Virus record (IMG/VR): IMGVR_UViG_3300016476_000523
Span: 1 to 64,000 of that record
Origin: an uncultured virus (IMG/VR IMGVR_UViG_3300016476_000523)
Lineage: Duplodnaviria > Heunggongvirae > Uroviricota > Caudoviricetes
Direction: 5' to 3' (one strand)
Length of the DNA: 64,000 nucleotides
A program made the position numbers and the translations under genes. Below are positions 38,941-47,792 of this stretch, piece after piece; the first letter of the stretch is position 1; each line of letters opens with the position of its first letter. The notes below the pieces were generated by a model that ran no database searches, was not told the origin of the DNA, and saw only the letters and a program-made list of their open reading frames with translations.

Positions 38941-38973
38941 CAAAAAGATAAATAATACAAAAGGGTAATTAAA

Positions 38974-39204
38974 ATGAAGCTAGTAGAAATGTTTGAACCG
39001 CCTATCAGCGGATATCAAGAGGTTGATCAAGACAACTCTAAACCTACCTGGAAAGCTTCTAGAAAAACTAAACTAACCCTAAAGCAAATCAGAAAATTAA
39101 GAAAAATGCTTGATGTTAGACAATACGAACGTCAACAGCATTTAAAAAAAGTTAGAAAACAGTATGGAGCTAAACCTGAAGAAGGTGCTTCACCTGGTCT
39201 ATAA
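38974..39204 (+). CDS. Small basic head-module protein (prohead core-like)
   Basis: 76 aa, RKTKLTLKQIRKLRKM; GATAAATA upstream; lies between the portal and core genes. Confidence 0.65.
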   Translation: MKLVEMFEPPISGYQEVDQDNSKPTWKASRKTKLTLKQIRKLRKMLDVRQYERQQHLKKVRKQYGAKPEEGASPGL

Positions 39205-39323
39205 ATTGTGAAATTTTCACTAATTCCACCGAAAACTTAAAAAATACGCACTTATTACACTGTTTTTAGAGATACAGTCTAAATACTTTCACAACAAAGC
39301 CATTTCTTTCTAGGAGACTAATA

Positions 39324-40082
39324 ATGGATAACAAAAAATTTGAAAAGTTAATTGATCTTATCATTAACGAAAATGAAGAGCAAGCGCGTGATCTTTTCCA
39401 CGAAATCGTTGTAGACAAGTCACGAGAAATTTATGAATCTATCATGGAAGAAGAAATGATGGATGAAGGCATGTATGAAGATGAAATGGAAGAAGGCATG
39501 GGCGGCCAAGTAGGCGACTTGCTTGACGAAATCGAATCTGAAGAATCAGGCATGATGGAAGACGAAGACGAAGACGGCATGGAAATGGCCCATGACGAAG
39601 ATACATTCGACTTAGAAGCCGATGACATGGAAGAAGAAGGTTCGGAAGATGAAATCGAAGATGCTGTAATCAGAATCGAAGACAAACTTGACCAACTAAT
39701 GGCTGAGTTTGAAGATATCATGGGCGGCGCAGACATGGAAGACATGGGTGACGACGAAGAAGTAGAAGTAGACTCTGAAGAATCTGAAGAAGAAGTAATG
39801 GAAGCAGTACAGTTACAGAAAGTATCTGTAACACACGGTGACAATGGTGTACAAACTAAGTCTCCAGTAGCTGCAAATGCAGGACAAAACGGAATGGCAA
39901 GCAAGCCAGTTAAGGCAAGCACTTCTACTGAAAATGGAAGAACTGCTCCTTCAACACAAAGCGTAAAAGGCGCTGGTAGCTTTAAAAATGCTCCAGGACA
40001 AAAGAAGCAAGATTTAAGTGCTGCTCCAAAGCCAGTAACTAAGCAAGCTTCTGATAACAACAAAAGTCCAGTAGCTAAGTAA
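39324..40082 (+). CDS. Acidic prohead core protein (gp67-like position)
   Basis: Extremely E/D/M-rich; AGGAG RBS; located in the head module before gp21. Confidence 0.6.
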   Translation: MDNKKFEKLIDLIINENEEQARDLFHEIVVDKSREIYESIMEEEMMDEGMYEDEMEEGMGGQVGDLLDEIESEESGMMEDEDEDGMEMAHDEDTFDLEADDMEEEGSEDEIEDAVIRIEDKLDQLMAEFEDIMGGADMEDMGDDEEVEVDSEESEEEVMEAVQLQKVSVTHGDNGVQTKSPVAANAGQNGMASKPVKASTSTENGRTAPSTQSVKGAGSFKNAPGQKKQDLSAAPKPVTKQASDNNKSPVAK

Positions 40083-40161
40083 TCTGAGACAAATGGCTTT
40101 GTTACTCAGTAACAAGAGAGAAAAGGGGGATCAATGATCCCCCGAAACTGAGAAAAATAAT

Positions 40162-40815
40162 ATGCATAATAAATCGGTACTACAAGAATATTTGAATCCT
40201 TCACTAGCTAGAACTAATGTAGTTTTAGAAGAAGGACAAGATGCATTTGGAAACAAAGCTAAAAATATGTACATGGAAGGTATCTTTATTCAAGGCGACG
40301 TAAGAAACGCTAACGGTAGAGTATATCCTAGAGTTGAGATTACAAGAGCAGTACAGACCATTCAAGAGCAATTGAAAAACGGTATCTCTATCTGTGGTGA
40401 AGTAGATCATCCAGATGATTTAAAAATCAACTTAGATAGGGTAAGCCATTGCATCACTAATATGAATATGGACGGCTCTAACGGCATCGGAAAACTAAAA
40501 ATTCTTCCTACTCCAATGGGTCAGTTGATTAAAACTATGCTTGAAGCAGGTGTAAAGCTTGGTGTATCTAGTCGTGGATCAGGTAACGTAAATGATATGA
40601 ACGGTCACGTAAGTGACTTTGAAATTATTACTGTTGATATCGTAGCACAACCTTCAGCACCAGATGCTTATCCAAGAGCTATTTACGAATCATTGATGAA
40701 CTACAAAAATGGTGGACACATCAAAGAAGGTTTAGCTGAATCATTAGAAGTAAGAAAATTTAGACAATCGTTACAAAAAGATATTACAAAGTTTATTAAC
40801 AACTTAAAGTTATAA
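40162..40815 (+). CDS. Prohead protease gp21
   Basis: EGIFIQGDVRNANGRVYP, GEVDHP, LGVSSRGSG, DIVAQPSAPDAY. Confidence 0.93.
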   Translation: MHNKSVLQEYLNPSLARTNVVLEEGQDAFGNKAKNMYMEGIFIQGDVRNANGRVYPRVEITRAVQTIQEQLKNGISICGEVDHPDDLKINLDRVSHCITNMNMDGSNGIGKLKILPTPMGQLIKTMLEAGVKLGVSSRGSGNVNDMNGHVSDFEIITVDIVAQPSAPDAYPRAIYESLMNYKNGGHIKEGLAESLEVRKFRQSLQKDITKFINNLKL

Positions 40816-40899
40816 AGAATTCATCAAAACAGAATTTTCTGTTTTGTAATAACTCACGCACCAGAGTATAAACGGAGCATACGATAAAGGGGAACAGAT

Positions 40900-42003
40900 A
40901 TGCTAGAAGCTATCAAACCATTGTTAGAAAGCGGATTAATCAACGAAGATATCGGGCAGCAAATTAATGAGGCCTGGGAAGCTAAGTTGAATGAAGCTAA
41001 AGAACAAATACGTGCAGAACTCAGAGATGAGTTTGCTGGTAAGTATGAACACGACAGAAGTGTGATGGTTGACGCCCTTGATAAAATGGTAACAGAAAGT
41101 CTTTCCGAAGAGATTAGAGAATTCAACGAAGAAAGACAAGCAATGAACGAAGACCGCATTAGAGCCAGACAGCAACTAAGCGAATCTGCACAAAAATTCA
41201 ATAACTTTATGGTTCAGAAATTAGCCGAAGAGTTAAAAGAATTGCGTCAAGATCGTAAAGTTCAGATGGAAAATCAACAGAAACTTGAAAAGTTTATTGT
41301 ACATGCTCTTGCTAAAGAAATCAAAGAGTTTGCACAAGACAAGCAAGCAGTTGTTGAAGCTAAGGTTAAGTTAGTTGCAGAAGGTCGTGCTCAGTTAGAA
41401 AAACTTAAGGCTAAGTTTGTTGCCGAAAGTGCTAAAAAGATCAACACGATTGTTACTACTCACATCAAAGGTGAAATGTCACAACTCAAAGAAGATATCA
41501 AATCTGCTAGAGAAAATAACTTTGGTAGAAAGATTTATGAAGCATTCGCTAGCGAGTTTTCTGTAACTTATCTTAACGATAAAGCAGAAACTAGAAAGCT
41601 TATGAATACATTGCTAGAAAAGGATAAACAACTAAGTGAGTCTATTGCAAAACTACAAGAAACTCAAAAATTAGTTGAAACAAAGGAACGCGAAGTACGC
41701 ATTATCAAAGAGTCTACTCAACGTGCTAAAGTAATTGAAGATTTAACTTCTACTTTAAACGAAGAAAAGGCTACTGTAATGAAGTCTTTGCTTGAAAGCG
41801 TCCAGACACCAAAATTGAAGGCCGCATTCGATAAGTATTTACCAGCTGTACTAAACACAGGCGCTCAGGCAAAACCAGCTAAAACTGTAATTTCTGAAAG
41901 CTTAGTAGAAGTAACTGGTGATAAATCTGCCAAGAAGATTGCTGAAGTAGATCGCACTGAAAAAGACAATGTGATTGATATCAAGCGTTTGGCAGGGCTT
42001 TAA
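40900..42003 (+). CDS. Prohead scaffold protein gp22
   Basis: E/K-rich coiled coil between gp21 and gp23; FGRKIYEAF motif. Confidence 0.8.
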   Translation: MLEAIKPLLESGLINEDIGQQINEAWEAKLNEAKEQIRAELRDEFAGKYEHDRSVMVDALDKMVTESLSEEIREFNEERQAMNEDRIRARQQLSESAQKFNNFMVQKLAEELKELRQDRKVQMENQQKLEKFIVHALAKEIKEFAQDKQAVVEAKVKLVAEGRAQLEKLKAKFVAESAKKINTIVTTHIKGEMSQLKEDIKSARENNFGRKIYEAFASEFSVTYLNDKAETRKLMNTLLEKDKQLSESIAKLQETQKLVETKEREVRIIKESTQRAKVIEDLTSTLNEEKATVMKSLLESVQTPKLKAAFDKYLPAVLNTGAQAKPAKTVISESLVEVTGDKSAKKIAEVDRTEKDNVIDIKRLAGL

Positions 42004-42031
42004 TTAGACATAGATTAGGAGAAAATATAAC

Positions 42032-43228
42032 ATGTCAAAAGTACTCTTAGAAAGCCGTTGGGACGAGACCAAAGAGGCCCTGTTAGAAGGCTTGAAAGGC
42101 ACTCGTAAGTCAACAATGGGTGTTATTCTTGAAAACACTCGCAAACAACTATTGAGCGAAAGCTCTGCAGGCACAACTACTGCTGGTAACATTGCTACAC
42201 TTAACCGTGTAATTCTACCTGTTATCCGTCGTGTGATGCCAACTGTTATTGCTAACGAACTAGTTGGTGTTCAGCCAATGACTGGTCCTGTTGGTCAGAT
42301 TCACACTCTACGTGTGCGTTACGCACAAAGCTTGACTGACACATCCGCAGCACAGACTTCTGTAGTTGCTGGTGAAGAAGCGTTAAGCCCATTCAAGATT
42401 GCACAAGCTTACTCTCGTGTACCAAGTTCAGCTACTACAACTGATCAGTACACTGGTGCTAACACTGCTGCTCTTGAAGGTAACGGCGGTAAGCAAATCA
42501 GCGTTCAGATTCTACGTCAGGCTGTTGAAGCTAAGTCACGTAAGTTGCAAGCTCGCTGGACATTTGAAGCTGCTCAGGACGCTCAGTCTCAGCACGGTAT
42601 CGATGTAGAAGCAGAGATCATGGCTGCTCTTGCACAAGAAATCACCGCTGAAATTGATCAGGAAATTCTATTGTCCTTGAGAACTCTTGCTTCAACTGAA
42701 TTTACTTACAACCAAGCTACTGTATCAGGTACTGCTACTTACGTTGGTGACGAACACGCTGCTCTAGCTGTGTTGATCAACCGTGTTGCAAACTTGATCG
42801 CTCAGCGTACCCGTCGTGGTGCTGGTAACTGGGCTGTTGTATCTTCAGCAGCTCTAACTGTTCTACAGTCAGCAACTACTTCAGCATTCGCACGTACTAC
42901 TGAAGGAACTTTTGAAGCTCCAACTAACACTAAGTTTGTTGGTACTTTGAACGGCGCAATGCGTGTATTCGTAGACTCTTACGCTCCAGACACTACTCCT
43001 GTATTGGTTGGATATAAGGGTTCTTCTGAAACTGACGCAGCAGCATTCTACTGCCCATACATTCCATTGATGAGCAGCGGTGTTGTACTTGATCCGTCTA
43101 CTTTCGAACCAGTAGTTAGCTTTATGACGCGCTACGGATACATAGAACTTACGAATACGGCCTCCTCATTCGGGAATGCGGCTGATTACGTTGGGGAAAT
43201 TGCGGTCCAGAACCTCACCTTCCAGTGA
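42032..43228 (+). CDS. Major capsid protein gp23
   Basis: VGVQPMTGPVGQI, AKSRKLQARWTFEAAQD, AEIDQEI, AFYCPYIPL, FMTRYG; strong high-expression codon bias. Confidence 0.96.
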   Translation: MSKVLLESRWDETKEALLEGLKGTRKSTMGVILENTRKQLLSESSAGTTTAGNIATLNRVILPVIRRVMPTVIANELVGVQPMTGPVGQIHTLRVRYAQSLTDTSAAQTSVVAGEEALSPFKIAQAYSRVPSSATTTDQYTGANTAALEGNGGKQISVQILRQAVEAKSRKLQARWTFEAAQDAQSQHGIDVEAEIMAALAQEITAEIDQEILLSLRTLASTEFTYNQATVSGTATYVGDEHAALAVLINRVANLIAQRTRRGAGNWAVVSSAALTVLQSATTSAFARTTEGTFEAPTNTKFVGTLNGAMRVFVDSYAPDTTPVLVGYKGSSETDAAAFYCPYIPLMSSGVVLDPSTFEPVVSFMTRYGYIELTNTASSFGNAADYVGEIAVQNLTFQ

Positions 43229-43263
43229 GAATTATTCTCATTTAGGAGAGTTACAAGCTGTAT

Positions 43264-43293
43264 AGAAGGGGAACGAAAGTTCCCTTTCTTTTT
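43264..43293 (+). terminator. Rho-independent terminator after gp23
   Basis: AGAAGGGGAAC-GAAA-GTTCCCTTTCT followed by a T run. Confidence 0.85.
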
Positions 43294-43323
43294 GCTTAAA
43301 TTTTATTGAAATGTTAAATTTTG

Positions 43324-43347
43324 TATAAATAAGTTTAGAGGAACTTA
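43324..43347 (+). promoter_or_regulatory. Consensus T4 late promoter TATAAATA with an RBS-occluding hairpin
   Basis: TATAAATA at 43324-31; TAAGTTT/GAACTTA stem (43330-47) around GAGG. Confidence 0.7.
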
Positions 43348-43351
43348 ACAT

Positions 43352-44101
43352 ATGTTTATTAATAACAAATATACAAAAATTTACTACCAAATTATTGATT
43401 CTGCTAAAAATAGAGTAACTGAAACATACACTGAAGAACATCATATACTACCAGAAGCATTGGGAGGACCTGACGTTAGTGAAAATAAAGTAGAGCTAAC
43501 TGCCCGAGAACATTTTATTTGCCATTGGTTACTTACAAAAATGACTTCTGGAATAGATCGCGCTAAGATGATATATGCGCTAAATGGTATGAAGAGAGAA
43601 AATAAATTTCAAGAAAGATATAACACTAAAATAACTGCAAGGGTATTTGAGAAAGCAAGGATTGAGTTTTCTAAAGTTCATTCTGAAACTATGAAAGGTC
43701 GCCCTGCTTGGAATAAAGGTAGAAAATTAGAAGGTGAAGAGTTAGAGAAGCAGAGAGAAAGAACCAAGAATAGAAAGATCGATCCGGTCAAACAAGCAGA
43801 AGGACAGCAGAAAAGAATAGCTAAAGTTACAGGACAAACCAGAACAGATGAGACAAAAAAATTAATGTCTTTAGTCAAAAAAGGTAAACCTAAAGGACCT
43901 CATTCAGACGAACATCGTAAGGCTATTAGTGAAGGAGGGAAAGGGGTAAAGAAACGTGAAGGACATGGCGATAATGTAAGAAAAGCTAATCTAGGTGTAG
44001 TGTCCATAAACAAAGATGGAAAGGAAAAGAAAGTAAAGCAAGATACATTAGATCAGTGGTTAGCTGACGGATGGCAACTGGGCGGAAGAAAACGTAAATA
44101 A
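43352..44101 (+). CDS. Free-standing HNH homing endonuclease with NUMOD3-like repeats
   Basis: EEHHILP..LGG....NKVELTAREHFICHWLL; PAWNKG, ETKKLMS, HSDEHRKAISE; ends GWQLGGRK. Confidence 0.9.
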   Translation: MFINNKYTKIYYQIIDSAKNRVTETYTEEHHILPEALGGPDVSENKVELTAREHFICHWLLTKMTSGIDRAKMIYALNGMKRENKFQERYNTKITARVFEKARIEFSKVHSETMKGRPAWNKGRKLEGEELEKQRERTKNRKIDPVKQAEGQQKRIAKVTGQTRTDETKKLMSLVKKGKPKGPHSDEHRKAISEGGKGVKKREGHGDNVRKANLGVVSINKDGKEKKVKQDTLDQWLADGWQLGGRKRK

Positions 44102-44173
44102 ACGCTGGCACGGAACTAACTGTAAATCTAAGCAATAACAATAAACACTAAATAATAAAGAGAGGTACTCTTT

Positions 44174-44464
44174 ATGATAGCCAAAGATAGCCAGATAGTA
44201 GAAGTATTAGAAGACGGCACTATATATGCGTTTGACCTAGATGTATGCGAAAAAGAAGCAGAAAAAGTATTAAAAAACTTACAGAAAAAAGAAGGCAAAG
44301 TATTCAATTATGATTATAGTGCTACTGTATATACTTTGTTTGTATACTGCATTCACATTTTAAGAGAATCTGGATGGCGAACAGATGAATTAGTAAACGA
44401 AGTCTTAGATCATACCGAAGACTATGATGCAGAAGACCAAAGAGACCAAGACGACGAAGAATGA
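44174..44464 (+). CDS. Hypothetical protein
   Basis: 96-aa ORF with an ACTAAATA box and GAGG RBS; stop overlaps the next start. Confidence 0.65.
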   Translation: MIAKDSQIVEVLEDGTIYAFDLDVCEKEAEKVLKNLQKKEGKVFNYDYSATVYTLFVYCIHILRESGWRTDELVNEVLDHTEDYDAEDQRDQDDEE

Positions 44465-45183
44465 AGCTGGTATTAGGACCTGAAAATCTTCAAACTGAAC
44501 TTGATTTTAAGATAATTGAAAAAATAAACGGCATGCCAGTAGTATCTGGTAAAATTTGTAATGTAAACAAAATTGGATTATACTTGTCTGGTGGTCCTGA
44601 CAGTGCTGCACTATTGTGTTTAATACTAGCTGAATTAGCTAATATGAATGATAAACTGCCAGTACATTGTTTTATTGTAGACAAAAATGAAGGACAAGTT
44701 CACTACGCAATTGACACAATCAAAGAAGTAGAAAAGTTATTCAATACACAAATAACATACAGCATAGAAGAACATCAACAAGATATTGATTTTCCTTCTC
44801 GTTTGGGAAGCAAAACATACAAGCACATATACAATATTAGTCCTAAAACAATATTCTATCAAGGTATAAACAACCCACCAGATAAAAGTATAAAAAAGTT
44901 TTCTTCTGTTGTACCTAGAGATTATGGTAATAAAACATCATTCTTTTATCAAAATTCAGTGATGTGTTTTCCGTTTTTATTTTTACACAAACCGCAAATT
45001 CTAGATATATTTTACAAGTTAAATTGTGAAAGCGTTATTCAATATACTCAGTCTTGTTATATGCAAAGTGTTGGAGCATGTGGTAAATGTTATTCTTGCG
45101 AAGAACGAGAATGGGGTTTTGAAGTGTTAAATAAAAAAGACCCTATTATTTCCAAGTGCCGTTGTCGTTATACCATACAGTAG
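44461..45183 (+). CDS. QueC-like PP-loop ATPase
   Basis: LSGGPDS PP-loop; PFLFLHK; SC......CGKCYSCEER zinc motif. Confidence 0.75.
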   Translation: MKLVLGPENLQTELDFKIIEKINGMPVVSGKICNVNKIGLYLSGGPDSAALLCLILAELANMNDKLPVHCFIVDKNEGQVHYAIDTIKEVEKLFNTQITYSIEEHQQDIDFPSRLGSKTYKHIYNISPKTIFYQGINNPPDKSIKKFSSVVPRDYGNKTSFFYQNSVMCFPFLFLHKPQILDIFYKLNCESVIQYTQSCYMQSVGACGKCYSCEEREWGFEVLNKKDPIISKCRCRYTIQ

Positions 45184-45448
45184 TTTGTTTCCAGACACCA
45201 GCCACTTTTATCCACGTGATTGCTTCTTTCCAAACACCAGCTACTTTTATCCAAAGCTTTGCCTGGGAACTGGTCACTAACGGCTGTTGAGCGTAGCCAT
45301 CGCCTACTTGCATAAAGGCAGTGAAGGGTAAAGCAGAACTTAGTTCTACCCCCTCCACTAATCCAGTAGCCCAAAACCCTTGAACTGGGTTAGCAGTTCC
45401 AGTATCTCGAACCATCTGTGCAGCACTGCCTCCGGCCTGCAATGTCAT
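45146..45448 (-). CDS. Small fibre-associated protein with W-x-K-V-A-G-V-W-K repeats
   Basis: WIKVAGVWK twice plus WYNDNGTWK; follows the upstream fibre gene by 1 nt. Confidence 0.6.
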   Translation of the reverse strand: MTLQAGGSAAQMVRDTGTANPVQGFWATGLVEGVELSSALPFTAFMQVGDGYAQQPLVTSSQAKLWIKVAGVWKEAITWIKVAGVWKQTTVWYNDNGTWK

Positions 45449-45449
45449 A

Positions 45450-47588
45450 TTACGCTACCGTTATCTTTGCATATAAATCAACGCTGCCCGGTAAACTACC
45501 AGAAGGCACGAATCGTCTACGGGTGTTTAGAGTATCTGTGCCTAACCCAGCCACCCACGCCCCGCCGTCCCAATATTCAAACGTTCCGTTTGTAGTTCCG
45601 GAACTTGACTGTGTTAGTACTAATGCATTTGTGTCTGCACGATATATGTCAATGGTATGAACTCCTAGTGCTGCCCCAAACAATGCTACTTGAATCCATG
45701 CGAATGTGCCGTTGCTAGTATTGAAATCGCCGAAATTCCAACGATATTGTGAAGGCAGCGCATCGTCTGTTTCATAAATTAAAGCAAGTGATAATACTCG
45801 TCCTGGCAACATCATTGTTCCTGCTGTTCTAAACATAAATGCAAACTGTATATTTGCAGCAGATGAAACTCCTGATAAGTTTCCAGTTTGTGGCACGTCA
45901 GTCCATGCACCAGAATTATCATCGATTCCGGATGTCCTATACTGAACTTTATACATATCTGGAGCGATACCAAAAATTTCGTTACCTAAATTTTCCACAT
46001 TATTTACCACGACGCGATAAAATTTACTAGGAATGCTGCCTAAATCTATTTTAGGACATATAATACGATTTGGTACCTCATTAATAAACGACATATCGGC
46101 TGCTAATGGGTAAGCAGTTAATGCGTTTATATTAGCGGTTGTAGTTTGTGTATATAAAAAGAATAACCAACCATCTTCTACCCATATAAATGGAATATTT
46201 GCTGAAATTGTGTGAATAAATATAGGACTATCAATATCTCGGTTTGCAGAAGGTAATTGTGTAGCGATGTTACTTCCTCTGCGATCAATCTGCTGTCCTG
46301 ATGTATAATAATCGGTTATAAAAATAGAACCTGTTGATGCAGCGGAAGTAATAACTAATTTATCAAGAGAACCAGCTACGTCCATTGAGGTAAAGCCACC
46401 CGTTGCTACGTTTGTATTTGTACCACCAGGAGGAATTTCAGACATGCTATCAGCTACGAAAGTAGTACTACTTGCAACTATGTTAGATAGCGGAACACGT
46501 AAAATACGAGTAGCTGTCAATAAGTATAAAGAAGGGACCCCACTTCCAGATCCATGTGTCAAAGTAGCAACTCTGCCGTTATTCGCTTGTGAAATGGTAC
46601 CTGTTACTGTTTGGTTACCGGTAATAGTTAAATTAGCACCTGAAAGCGTTGCAGCACCACTACTTACAGTCAGAGCGGCACGAATATTATACTTAAATAA
46701 TTTTAGTGTAGTCGCTGCGCCATCACATGCATAAACAAACTGTTCAGTCCAGTTAGTAAAATCACCTAAAGCACACCCCCCTATGACAGTGTTGGTAACA
46801 GTTGCTGCATCTTTCAGCCAATATACTGCTTTTATTTTATCAACTGTCGTGGCTGCTGGAATGGTAGTAGCAGGGTTAGTAAAATCTTCATATCGCAATC
46901 CCTTTACTACAAATAATCCTCCGTTTGTTGCAGTAGCGTTCGTATTAGCATGAACTATCATTAAATCTTGTATTACATAAGCAGTACCAGCACCAATAGT
47001 ACCAGCAGATGCAGACAGTGTTATACTAGTATTTGATCCAATAGCACTTATCTGATACCATGTTGTGATTTGATTTGGATCAGTTGATCCAAAGCCGATC
47101 CTAGAACCAACAGATAATCCAGTATTCCATGCAGTACCTGAACCAGTAACCGCAGTACCAGAAACCCCCACTGTACCTGTCGTGTAGTCAGTTAAAATAG
47201 CACGAATACCACGCGTAGTAACGTTACCGGTAGTAGGGAAAGTTAAAGTAACCGCCCCTACAAATGTATACGTGTTTGTTGATGGAATCCAAGTCCATAA
47301 CTGTACACGTCTAGTAGCAGCAGCAGTAGCTACGTCTGACCCAAAGATCCAGAATAAGTCGTCAGTTATTTTAATAGGATGTACAAAGTTTGACGGTATC
47401 GCTAAAGACGATTCACCAAAATTAGCTACGTTCAATGCAGCAGGGCCGATAAACTTGTCCACGTCTCCTGAACCTAAGTTGTATTGTCCAGTATGTTTAC
47501 CGCGATTTATCTTATTTGGATCATACGCTCCGCCTATTTCTACTTGTTCTAAAGTACCGTTAAATACTTGTTCATATGCTGCTTTCAT
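45450..47588 (-). CDS. Virion structural/fibre-like protein
   Basis: 712 aa, T/G/S/A-rich; YTTGTVGVSGTAVTGSGTAW fibre motif. Confidence 0.6.
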   Translation of the reverse strand: MKAAYEQVFNGTLEQVEIGGAYDPNKINRGKHTGQYNLGSGDVDKFIGPAALNVANFGESSLAIPSNFVHPIKITDDLFWIFGSDVATAAATRRVQLWTWIPSTNTYTFVGAVTLTFPTTGNVTTRGIRAILTDYTTGTVGVSGTAVTGSGTAWNTGLSVGSRIGFGSTDPNQITTWYQISAIGSNTSITLSASAGTIGAGTAYVIQDLMIVHANTNATATNGGLFVVKGLRYEDFTNPATTIPAATTVDKIKAVYWLKDAATVTNTVIGGCALGDFTNWTEQFVYACDGAATTLKLFKYNIRAALTVSSGAATLSGANLTITGNQTVTGTISQANNGRVATLTHGSGSGVPSLYLLTATRILRVPLSNIVASSTTFVADSMSEIPPGGTNTNVATGGFTSMDVAGSLDKLVITSAASTGSIFITDYYTSGQQIDRRGSNIATQLPSANRDIDSPIFIHTISANIPFIWVEDGWLFFLYTQTTTANINALTAYPLAADMSFINEVPNRIICPKIDLGSIPSKFYRVVVNNVENLGNEIFGIAPDMYKVQYRTSGIDDNSGAWTDVPQTGNLSGVSSAANIQFAFMFRTAGTMMLPGRVLSLALIYETDDALPSQYRWNFGDFNTSNGTFAWIQVALFGAALGVHTIDIYRADTNALVLTQSSSGTTNGTFEYWDGGAWVAGLGTDTLNTRRRFVPSGSLPGSVDLYAKITVA

Positions 47589-47776
47589 TCAACTACTCCT
47601 GATACGTCAATCCCTAACACTGTTGTTGCTAAAAAAGCACAGGTAGGATCAGTTGTCTCGCTTAATTTACTATAACATGGAACAAACTCAGATAATTCGT
47701 ATTCACCTGTCGTGGATACTGCATAATTAATATTGCCCTTAACCTCAGTTCCTGCTTCTATTATATATTTTGTCAT
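47585..47776 (-). CDS. Small hypothetical protein (63 aa, MTKYIIEAG...)
   Basis: AGGAAGAG RBS before ATG 47776; stop overlaps the next start (ATGA). Confidence 0.55.
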   Translation of the reverse strand: MTKYIIEAGTEVKGNINYAVSTTGEYELSEFVPCYSKLSETTDPTCAFLATTVLGIDVSGVVE

Positions 47777-47792
47777 ACTCTTCCTAAAAATA

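Noticed and set aside
39431..40063. 210-aa Ser-rich antisense ORF, and similar short antisense or alternate-frame ORFs throughout
   Set aside because: Shadows of biased or repetitive sense-strand coding (e.g. GAA/GAC runs and SG repeats); no RBS or promoter support.
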